This document shows positions 31,705 through 41,189 of a DNA stretch of 64,000 bases, one piece after another. The notes below the pieces were generated by a model, which was given only the letters and a program-made list of their open reading frames with translations, was not told the origin of the DNA and searched no databases. Position 1 is the stretch's first letter. Each line of letters starts with the position of its first letter. The DNA is from a virus (taxonomy: Duplodnaviria > Caudoviricetes). A program made the position numbers and the translations under genes. The stretch is taken from positions 32,001 through 96,000 of IMG/VR virus record IMGVR_UViG_3300024346_000014; one strand, written 5' to 3'.

Positions 31705-32196
31705 TTAAAGTTGACCTCTAAGATAAGATAATATTACCTCTTTTTCCTGGTTCCAAACCTTAGCGAAATCTGGATTTAAACCAATAGAATCCTGATTATC
31801 TTTTATATCAGCAAACTTAATCTGCTTTGCCTCTTTGCTGATACCGCCTAGTCTTCTGGCTTCAAGTAATTTTCTTGCTTTACGATTTAACAAAGGAAAA
31901 TCCTGTTTTACAAAAACATCTGTTAATTCTATAACCATCTTTAAGATATACTCTGCATCTTGACTAGTCCATATTTTATGTAAAGCAACTCTTAATTGCT
32001 CAATTGTTACCTCCGTATCTTCAATGACATCATGTAACAATGCAGCTGCAATTTGACATTCACTCCCACCTTCTTCTTCAATACGTTTAGCTACTCTAAT
32101 AGGATGAGTAATATATAAGTCATTTGAATACTTACGGGTCTGTTCTCCATGAGCAGCCGTTGCTAATTCTAAAGTTTTTTGTAATGGTTGAGTCAT
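31705..32196 (-). CDS. HD-domain small alarmone hydrolase (SpoT/Mesh1-like)
   Basis: AHGEQTRK...YITHPIRVA...AALLHDVIEDT...IKFADIKDN. Confidence 0.85.
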   Translation of the reverse strand: MTQPLQKTLELATAAHGEQTRKYSNDLYITHPIRVAKRIEEEGGSECQIAAALLHDVIEDTEVTIEQLRVALHKIWTSQDAEYILKMVIELTDVFVKQDFPLLNRKARKLLEARRLGGISKEAKQIKFADIKDNQDSIGLNPDFAKVWNQEKEVILSYLRGQL

Positions 32197-32788
32197 TATT
32201 TCTTTTTGTTATATAGTAAATATAATAATAAATTACACAATATAAAAATCTTGTGTAATAAAAAAAGGAGAAAGTTACCCTCCTCCTTTTAGATCTAATA
32301 CGGTAGTCTGTTTATCTTGGCGTGCCGTTCCAGTCTAAATCCACTGTTGCTATTAATAAGTATAAGGTAAGTGTCCAATAAGGGTCTTCTTCCGAAGGTT
32401 TAATTGTTTGGAACCCTAAACAGAATCTATCGTGTGGCCAATGAAAACTAATCATTAACCTCCAACCATTTTCTAACATATGTTTATTGGTAATTTTATA
32501 TCTTATACTGAAATGTTTCCTGCTGGTTCTATTAAATAAACCCCCAACAACCAGACCTGAGTCTGGTTGCTACTACGGAGTAAACCTTTTATTACTTTAA
32601 GAATTCATATATCTTTTCATCCATCTCTTCGTCATGTTTCATCCAATTCCAAAAGTAATCTACTTTATCTTTTTCATACCTCTGTCTTGCTTCTTCTAAA
32701 TCTCTAGTTTCTTTTAGGAAACTTAATATGTGATAATGAAATGCCCAGTACTGTGTTGTTAATTCGCTCATAATTATTTTATTTTATT

Positions 32789-32992
32789 TTAATTGTTATT
32801 ACCTTTTGGAAAACCTATACCTTTAAAATTAAAGTTTCCTTTTAAACATTCTTCTAGCTCTACCTCTTTCGCATGCTTTAGCTCCTTCATCTGTGATTCT
32901 TTATAATCACAATCTTTACATATCATTTCAGTATCAAACCAAGACATTGTAAATACACGTGTTTCTTTATTACATCTTTCGCAATTAGTCAT
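32789..32992 (-). CDS. small Cys-rich conserved phage protein
   Basis: CERC...MSWFDTEMICKDC...GNFNFKGIG. Confidence 0.7.
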   Translation of the reverse strand: MTNCERCNKETRVFTMSWFDTEMICKDCDYKESQMKELKHAKEVELEECLKGNFNFKGIGFPKGNNN

Positions 32993-33076
32993 AATTATTT
33001 TGTTTTTGTTATACTATAAATATAATAATAATTCTTCACAAATAAAAACTTCTGTGTAACTAATATACCCTTGTCA

Positions 33077-33445
33077 TTATTTAATCCAAGCTGCTGTGAT
33101 AATACCAGTTACTGATTTTTCCTGAACCTCTTTTATTTTATAGAAATCTTTTTCTAAATAATAATTACTCTGCTTTGCGGCAACGCCGTCTGCAGTTGAA
33201 AGGGTAATGTGAGGATACTTGTTTTTACTCCATGGATTATTAACCAGGAGAACATCTACTTTATCATTAGTTAATCTTCCAAGTATAGTTAAGTTTACCT
33301 CTTTCCCCAGTGGAACTGTTAATTCCTCTGGTTTCCATTCAATAGTTGAGTGGTGAGTAAATACATTTACATGGATAGGAGGAAAAAGTTTTAGTAACCT
33401 TTCCTTATCTATCTTAACCATTGTGTATAGTATATCCTTTTTCAT
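33077..33445 (-). CDS. 2H phosphoesterase-like protein
   Basis: Two HxT motifs, THHSTI and YPHITLS. Confidence 0.7.
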   Translation of the reverse strand: MKKDILYTMVKIDKERLLKLFPPIHVNVFTHHSTIEWKPEELTVPLGKEVNLTILGRLTNDKVDVLLVNNPWSKNKYPHITLSTADGVAAKQSNYYLEKDFYKIKEVQEKSVTGIITAAWIK

Positions 33446-33454
33446 TTTTTTAAT

Positions 33455-33616
33455 TTAAGCCTGTGGTCCAATTAAATCCCACGCAGTTTCGCCAGTTCCA
33501 TTTCCGTTTCGAGTTACCTCGTAGTTCGGGTCCATTCCTGATTCAAGAATATTATTTAATAATTCATCGAGCGAGTCGAATTCTTTTTCGTAATAATTAC
33601 ATTTTAAACTATACAT
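33455..33616 (-). CDS. 53-aa acidic ORF missing from the track
   Basis: MYSLKCNYYEKEFDSLDELL...GMDPNYEVTRNG behind an array promoter. Confidence 0.7.
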   Translation of the reverse strand: MYSLKCNYYEKEFDSLDELLNNILESGMDPNYEVTRNGNGTGETAWDLIGPQA

Positions 33617-33970
33617 ATATTTTTGTTTTTTGTTATACTATAAATATAATACTTTATTACATAAAATAAAAACTCTGTGTAAAAAGTTTCGATTTAAATA
33701 ACCTTTAACAATTCTTTAGATCCACGGTGTACGGAAAAACTTATAATGAGACCTGAATTTTCATACAAACCATGGAGGTATTTTTAGTATATTGATAATC
33801 AATAAGTTGTGTTATATAATATAATCCAATTTCTGGCACGTGTCCATTTGTTAAATCCATACATCACAGAGGTAACAACGGTATTACTATTACTTAATCC
33901 ATTTCTACTTATTAAACCCTAAAAAACCCGTTACATCTTAATTGTAACGGGTACTCATCTTCTTTGTTTT

Positions 33971-34706
33971 TTAAATTAAATTATAAAATACTATACCCCA
34001 TAATAAGATGCTAAACGTCATAACTAAATTAGTTCTTAATATACGTGCTTTTGTAAATTCTATTCTACAATTGTGAGGTGCAATCTTATACACCATCCAT
34101 GACATTAAATGTCCTAAAAAATAAACACTTGTAGCAAGTGCCAACATAAAAATTGTTGTTAATAATCCTTCATTCATTATCTTTGTTTTTTAAATAAATA
34201 ATATTATCATTTTCAATAGTGCTGAAATAGCCCATAGTATTAATGTAATAAACTTTAGTATACCGAGACCTATAAAAAGCCAAGCCCATATACCATGGAG
34301 ATTTACTTTATTTCTACTTATATGAATTTCGTGCTTTTTCATTTCTAAACTTTTTTCGATGGTAGACCATTTCGTGCTCGGTCTAAAAAGTGTAACCATA
34401 CTGCCCCATTAATTCCTATCCAAATGTTGTTTTCAAGGCTGTAAGGTTCGATCCATTTTGCGTATATAATTACTGGAAGACTGAATAAAGCGATTATTTG
34501 TACTAGTATAGATAATTTGTATTTTAAAATGTTTTTCATTTTTATTTTGTTTTTAGTTCTTTAATCTTTTTTCTTACTTGGTATTCTTTTTCAAGTAAAC
34601 TATCAGACATAGTACCATCCAACCAAGGATTGTTTTGTAACTCTATGATAGACTCTAATACTTTTTCAAAATCTTCTAATGTTTTTGGTGGTTCTATTAT
34701 ACTCAT
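33971..34706 (-). CDS. short, mostly membrane ORFs (33971-34177, 34190-34399, 34345-34539, 34542-34706)
   Basis: Hydrophobic ORFs behind promoter 34719; terminator at 33920-33953. Confidence 0.6.
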
Positions 34707-34791
34707 CTTAGTTTTAATTTGTTATAGTATAAATATAATCATAACTATACACAATAGGAAATATTTATGTAGCGAGTATACCTTTATCCGG

Positions 34792-34920
34792 TTACCCGTT
34801 CCGGTGCTTGGTTTTTCTGGTATATTTTTTACGGTTACGTTGCACTTGCTGGCGTGTAGCCTGCCACCATTCTTGTAAGGTAAGTGTTACCCGTTCCAGT
34901 TTTTTAGATTCTTTTTTCAT
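34792..34920 (-). CDS. 42-aa basic peptide
   Basis: MKKESKKLERVTLTLQEWWQATRQQVQRNRKKYTRKTKHRNG. Confidence 0.6.
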   Translation of the reverse strand: MKKESKKLERVTLTLQEWWQATRQQVQRNRKKYTRKTKHRNG

Positions 34921-34936
34921 CTCTAGTTATTTATTA

Positions 34937-35318
34937 AAACAAAAGGCCAACTGTTTAAGTGGCCTCTCGTTAACTTAATTAATTCTTGGTTATTATCCAA
35001 ACCGTTATCTACAATTAAACGCTTCTTAGTTGTTCTATCTCGCTTTCAAGATATTCTGTAGCTTGGTAGTTTATTTCTTCATCGTGTAGTTGTAAATTCA
35101 TTCCGTTTTCAAGTTCTATAAATAAACCTTGTTCGCTTTGAAATACTCTTTTTATTTCTCCCATTTCAGATCTAAGAAATTCCATTCTTTTTTCTGCGTA
35201 TTTTAAATTTTTCATAATCTTCCTTTTTTTTGATTAAATTGTTTTCTTCCCTCGTTAATAAACAAAAGGCCAACTGTTTAGGTGGCCTCTCGTTAACTTA
35301 ATTAATTCTTGGTTATTA
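34937..35318. repeat. 59-bp direct repeats (34937-34995, 35260-35318) flanking ORF 35015..35215
   Basis: aaacaaaaggccaactgtttaRgtggcctctcgttaacttaattaattcttggttatta, one mismatch; contains a minus-strand terminator. Confidence 0.95.
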
Positions 35319-35715
35319 ACTAACTATAGTTTCTATAAGTTTAAATACCATAAATCCTATAGCATAACTCAATACTACACCTTGTAATACTAATACTGAT
35401 TTTCCAATTGCAGCGATTCTGCTGTTTCTTTTTCTTGCTCTTGCGTTCATAATTATTTTGTTTTAATTGTTATAAGTAAATATAACTATTTATTACATAA
35501 AATAAAAATTCTGTGTAATTATTCTTGATAAAGTTTACCCTTCTGTTCTGGATACCAACACAGTCTAGACCGGGCCTGTTGTACTTATTTAACAGCTAAC
35601 CTTTTTAAAGCGGGTCAGTGCTACATGGGAGAGGGTATTTTTTCACTCGTCTAGACACAGAGCCCCTTCCCCCAAAAAGCCGGCATAGAAGCCGGCTTTC
35701 TGTCCGTCTCTCCTG

Positions 35716-36219
35716 TTAAAGGTTATTGGCCATAATAGCAGCAAGCGTGAACGTCCATATTAAACCCAATACAAGTACAATCCCGGTCATTACACTACTC
35801 CAACCCTGTAGATGAGGTTTAACTATCTGCTGCTTAATCACATGACCAGTATTGTAATTTAAATAATTCTGCTGGCTACAGTGGATCCATAAACAGGAAT
35901 CTTGTTTTACCCATTGATTATCCTGTTCCACATAACCGGTTTCAACCTGAATAAAACAAGAGTTATATACCTTGCCTTTGCTTCCCTCCTCCTGTAGCAT
36001 CTTCTTTGCAACAACTTGCTGTTCCACTTCTACATACCAGAAAGCTGGCTTAACATGAAAACACCAAGCCCCAATTACAAGTACAGTTACTATAAGTAAT
36101 AATTTTCCTAAACCCTTAGGTTTATCATCCTGTTCCTGAGGTCCGGATCCTCCGCCCTTCATCATATTAGTATTGTTTCTCATTAAAATTGCTGCTGCAC
36201 CCATTGTTCCTATATTCAT
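35716..36219 (-). CDS. two-TM membrane protein, first gene of the array
   Basis: Two hydrophobic helices; promoter at 36232; terminator at 35674-35699. Confidence 0.7.
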   Translation of the reverse strand: MNIGTMGAAAILMRNNTNMMKGGGSGPQEQDDKPKGLGKLLLIVTVLVIGAWCFHVKPAFWYVEVEQQVVAKKMLQEEGSKGKVYNSCFIQVETGYVEQDNQWVKQDSCLWIHCSQQNYLNYNTGHVIKQQIVKPHLQGWSSVMTGIVLVLGLIWTFTLAAIMANNL

Positions 36220-36299
36220 TATTTTTGTTTTTTGTTATACTATAAATATAAGCATTTTATCTGGGTCTATAAAATAAAGTTAACCTTCCTTAATCGCGC

Positions 36300-36960
36300 T
36301 CAACCCCAGTCAGCCATGCAGCAGTATGCTCTATCTGACTCTGGAACCTGGCGGTAAAACGGGTTTATACTACCGTTGCTAAATGGTACAAAAAGGTTAC
36401 ACGTGCCGGATATGGATTAAATCATATTATGTAACTGGTTGACATGCAATACAGTAGCTTTACCTCCCTAGGATCTTTAGCCATTTGCAGGAAAAAACCC
36501 ACTTTCTGCTACTTTTTCCAATAGCCCCTCGGCTAACCCTGGTGATTATTGCCAGTAGACTAGATACAAAGGTACTGATATAACCGGCTAAACGCACAAC
36601 CAGCTGAGACATAGGTACTCTATAGAATACAAAGGTACTGATATAACCGGCTAAAACAGGCTGTTTCACGTCTAGCCAGTATAAACTACACAGAGGTATT
36701 ATAGCTATATAGCGGAATAACAGCTAAATAACTGCCCCTCGAGGGGGCCTCTCGTGGTAGCATGACCAGCCTGTCCTGGGGCGTCTCGGGGGCCTCTCGA
36801 GGGGGCCCTGGGCGTCTAGTAGTATATAGCCCTGGATAGGTATATATAGACTATATAGGAAAAATGGAGTAAAATAAATTAAGACTATCCCCCTCGAGCC
36901 AGGAATTCACCTGGCCCAAAAAAATGTAAATCTCCTCAGGGAAAAAACACGGGAAAATTT
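36300..36960. other. GC-rich non-coding boundary with direct and inverted repeats
   Basis: 29-bp direct repeat at 36564-36592 and 36627-36655; palindrome CCCCTCGAGGGG at 36735-36746; GGGGGCCTCTCG x2; CCCCCTCGAG at 36889. Confidence 0.8.
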
Positions 36961-38241
36961 CTAAGTGGTCTCAGGGTCACGCGACTCTTGTATCAGCCAG
37001 CCCTCTGCCCGTGCCGCCAGGAGTATCTTTACTAGTCTAGGCCAGTTCTCACCAAGTTCTAACCGGGTATATTCAACTTGGCGCCTACGTTCTGGGTCAA
37101 TATCCTGAGTAGGGGCTGCCAAGCAATCTAGAATAAACCTTTGATTATCCCATATTTCTCTGCCAGCCGGGTCCATTCCACCTCTTGGGTACCATTCTAC
37201 TACCTGGGTCCCTGGCCAAACTTGGCCTTCCGGGTTTAACAGTACAAAAAACCGGAAATAACCATGATCACATTCTATGGCATAGAATCTGGTATACTCT
37301 GGATCCTGCCCGTCTATTAGGTCATTATTACTTATATTTAAACTGGCTGTTTCTAAACATTCCAATCGGGTATATTCTGGACTATTACATTTCACTTCAA
37401 AGGCTAGGCTAAACAGTCTTTCCCTCTCCTCTGGGGTTTGGTACTGTTCTATTAAGATTTGGGCTATTTCTTCTTGCTGGTATGTTTCCATAATTAATTA
37501 TTTAAGTTTTAAGTTTTTGTTGTCTTGGGTTTTTGCAACCACTCTTTTACCAGTTCCCTGCCACTGTAATCCTGTCTACTGCATGCTTCTTTTAAGGTTT
37601 TGCCTGGTACATATCCAGCTAGATATTCCATTATTTCCCAGTCTTTGCCGGCTAGATCATTCCAGAAAACATATATGTCGCTCCCTGTGATATCTAAATG
37701 GTCAAGTGTTTGGATTATCTTTATAGAACCTATTAGCTCCTCTGGCGGTCTGCTTATCATTTCAATCAGGCACTTCATTGCACCCGGGTTTCCTTTTGAT
37801 CTCTGCGTTATGTCTGCTATTGCTTCAATCATGTTAGTCTCTATTAATAAAGTATTTTTTACCACTCTTACGGATAAACCCGTTTGTTCTAAGAGAACTT
37901 AGGTAATTCAGTATAGTTATTTGTTTATATTGCTTTATAGACTCTCTAATAGGTTGGGTACGATTATGTATCTGTTTAAAGGTACACCCGGTTCCAGCAC
38001 TAGCTTGTAACACAGGTATGATAGAGTCAAAAGCTGCATTTAGGTTTGGGTCTTTTGTAACCGGCCTCTGTATAGCCTGCTCTGTGATTACGGAGTTTTC
38101 CCCTGTTGTGGGTTTTATTGTTACCTGACTGGCTGCTGGTCCCAGTACCCTTTCAATAGTTATACGGGCTCCTCTTAGTTCTTCTAACTGTTGTGTCAAT
38201 TCTGTTTCTTTTTGCATTAACTGCTGTAGTACTTCTTTCAT
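36961..38241 (-). CDS. three hypothetical ORFs (36961-37491, 37509-37865, 37834-38241)
   Basis: Coupled ORFs of higher GC; SKGNPGAM...LDHLDITGSDIY; last one has a coiled coil and possible wHTH. Confidence 0.7.
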
Positions 38242-38635
38242 CTTTTTTAAATTTTAATGATTATACAGATATAATACTAAAAATACTCAGGGAGTTAACC
38301 CTAATAAGTCAAAAATGTGCAATGAGAAATTTTTTTTCGGCGCAAGGCGCGTGTGGATTCAGAGAGTAGTCATATCAATAGTACCGAGGTATACCCTAAA
38401 CCCCGCTGTAGAAAACCCAAAAATGACAATCTGAATCGCGCAAAACCGGCTTTATTCTGCCTCAGCTCCAGTTAACGCTTCTATTTGATCTGCTATACGA
38501 AGTGCCTCTGCGTATTTTGCATCGCTGGCCGTTCTGTTTACTTTCGAAAGCGTAAACGCTTCATGAAGAGTTTTCTTGTACTTTTCATCTAGTTTTTCTC
38601 GAAGTGACTTGGATCTAAATAGCCTTTTTATTAAA

Positions 38636-39136
38636 TTAATCATATTTTTCTTTGTATTGTTGAAAGTCTTTGCTGTTAACTAAATAACCCCAATGTAATA
38701 GACTTTGTTGTATTCTAGGAGATATATCCCAATCGCCGGTTTGGTGTATCATTTTATATATTCTTCTTCTCCACCTGCCGTTTTCTCCACAAAAATCATT
38801 CCACCTCTTTATTTGCCTACTGTCGTCTGGGTGACGCCTTCCGTTGTAATATTTTATATACCATTCAAACCAGCCATACGGGTCATCATCGTGTATCCAT
38901 TTCATTTCTCTCCAATATTCATATGAAGTTCCGCTTTTAACCTTGAATTTATTAAGTTTAGTAATATAGGTTTTATTTAGGTATAAATCTATAGGCACAT
39001 CCGGCAAGGCTCTCTTAAATAGAGTAGAATAGTCGCTGTCCCCTTCTAGAGCCTCTATACCAAAATAAGAACCTCCAAAAACACCTTCTTTAAGCATTTG
39101 TATAGGACTTAGTGCTGGGCAAAAATCTTTAATCAT
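38636..39136 (-). CDS. conserved protein of unknown function
   Basis: SPIQMLKEGVFGGSYF...DPYGWFEWY..YYNGRR..DD.RQIKRW...RQSLLHW-like family motif. Confidence 0.75.
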   Translation of the reverse strand: MIKDFCPALSPIQMLKEGVFGGSYFGIEALEGDSDYSTLFKRALPDVPIDLYLNKTYITKLNKFKVKSGTSYEYWREMKWIHDDDPYGWFEWYIKYYNGRRHPDDSRQIKRWNDFCGENGRWRRRIYKMIHQTGDWDISPRIQQSLLHWGYLVNSKDFQQYKEKYD

Positions 39137-41068
39137 TGCATTAATTGTGTTAATAAAAAAGCCAACTTATATCCCATAAATGCACCAAGTGCAGTTGGTA
39201 CCGGAAACACTATGAACTTTCCTAAACTTGTTACATACTTGGGTCGGTTAACAACTCGCCCTAGAAAAAAGTAATAGACCATGTAACCTAATAATACTAA
39301 AATGTCTACTCGCTCTGCTATAAACACTACTAAAACTGCCCCAAGTAGTCCAAATAAAAAGTTGTCAACTACAGCTGAAATTAACTCCTTACTACTAGTT
39401 TGTCTAAACTCTTTTTGTATTTTTTTAAGACTCATCTTTGTTTTGGTATTTTAATCTCAAACGTATCAACAATAATAGTTTCAATGTCATTAAAGTAAGA
39501 ACAAATATGTTCTTCTTCAATATGAACGTGTTGAGATTCTATACAAATAGTATCTCGCTCTATAAATTGAATTACAGAATATGAATCACACATACTATCT
39601 TTAGTTTTACAACTAAACAATATAATTATAAATGCGGTGAATATTGTATTTCTAAGTAACATATTGTTACGCTTATTTATTTTTAGCATTTTGGTAACTA
39701 AAATCATTTTTTTTAATGGTTCTTTGGTATGCTAGTTCATAGATATCCAACAGTAACATATTAGGTTTTTCAATTCTAATTAATGAAACATTGTTAAATA
39801 ATTCTTTGTGTTTATTTAAATCATAAGCACTGTATACTAAATCTTCTATTCTACTCATTTTTATTTTGATCTATATTATTCATCCAATCCCATTCCCTTT
39901 TCCTGTATGCAAGGGTATCCATTTCATAAGTCTTTTCAAAAAATAATATAGCTAATTTAATAAACTTTTTTAATAATTTCATATTTACTAGTATCGTCTG
40001 AATTTAAATTTAAAAATCTTTAATTTTGTCTATCTTCTTTTTTAAGTCTTCTATTTCCATAGCTCTTAATTTAAGAGGTCCAATAATTGCTACATAACAA
40101 TTATTTTCTTTAATGATCTCATATCCTCTATGTGATATATCAAATTTTTTAAAAATTTTATTTTTCATATTTTATATTTTTTTATTTATCATATGCCAAG
40201 TACTGACTACATCTAAAAAAAGGTCAGTGTGACTATGAACGGTATTTGGAAAAATAGATTTGGTTCTTTTTGACCATTCCCATGCCCATTTGTGAGCGCT
40301 GTTTTTTTGTTCTTTAGTTTTACAGCTCATCACTATTTTATTTACATATTTAAATTGATCTGTTAAATTCATTTTAATCTAATAATATCATATATGCTTT
40401 CGCGTTATTATTTCTAAACCAAGATATTCCTTTTGCCATTTCACCTTGAAACTTAACAGTTCTAGGATCCATTACTCCTCCCATTTCTTGTATAATAGTA
40501 TTTAACCCTAATACGTAGTCGTAAATGCTAAGTTCTAATGCGTTTAGTTCAAATTGCATTCCACTATATGGGTTTTTTACAATACTGCCTTTTTCGTATA
40601 ACTCTCCTGTAAACCAACTCGGTGTTTTCATGATTTTATTTTTTTCCAGAGGACTCCATTTTCTGAAGCACCTATATAATAATATATTCCATACCCTAAA
40701 TAATGAGGCTCTTTTTCTTCTTTAACAAATAATCTAATTATTAAACCTTTTTTACTCTTTTTCCATTGAAGTATTTCTTCTTTTTTTGAAATATCTTTCC
40801 ATGTCTCTATAAATTTATCATCTACAAATATATTACTCCATTTTCCATCATCTTTAGCTAAATCTATAAATTGGTTGTATATTTCATTTTTACATACAAA
40901 ACCTGCTTTAGAACCTCTTCCCATATATGTTTTATCTTTGTCTTTCATATTAGAAGTATATTCAGTAGTCTTTTCTATAATATTACGACCTTGGGCTATG
41001 GTTTTAAATTTTTTATTTTCAAAGGACTCATATTCATTTTTAGATATCTTTTCAAGTAAAGTTTTCAT
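39133..41068 (-). CDS. run of short hypothetical ORFs (39133-39435 membrane, 39432-39707 lipoprotein-like, 39673-39858, 40172-40372, 40374-40631, 40628-41068)
   Basis: Overlapping stop/start coupling; GTATAAT at about 41102. Confidence 0.6.
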
Positions 41069-41189
41069 ATATTAATTTTTTAGTTTTTCAATATTAAATA
41101 TATTATACTAAATAATATCGATAACATTACATATTACTACGTTTACATAATATTAATTGGTAAATTTTTATAAATAAAAATAAAAAGCT

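Larger units (their letters stand above)
16270..36255 (-). promoter_or_regulatory. about 25 copies of a ~90-bp early promoter, inverted-repeat and translation-start element
   Basis: Minus-strand consensus AGGTAAAC..TTACACA-N12-TGTGTAA..TATATT(TA/AG)-N4-TATAACAAAAACAAAATAATT-ATG. Cores near + positions 16270, 16798, 17946, 19450, 21281, 22518, 23326, 24488, 24785, 25365, 26319, 26886, 27145, 28343, 28819, 29520, 29958, 30468, 31653, 32206, 33006, 33630, 34719, 35467, 36232, each directly upstream of an ATG. Confidence 0.92.

Noticed and set aside
12900-33930. Telomere-like AACCCTA/TTAGGG words
   Set aside because: Single scattered copies, mostly adjoining terminator A-runs, never tandem
16270-36255. 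CRISPR array or integron attC array
   Set aside because: Repeats are degenerate, separated by 0.3-2 kb of genes and sit at promoters; no cas gene or tyrosine integrase is visible
36460-36669. ORF with duplicated LAGYISTFV
   Set aside because: Translation of the 29-bp DNA repeats in a non-coding locus; no start context
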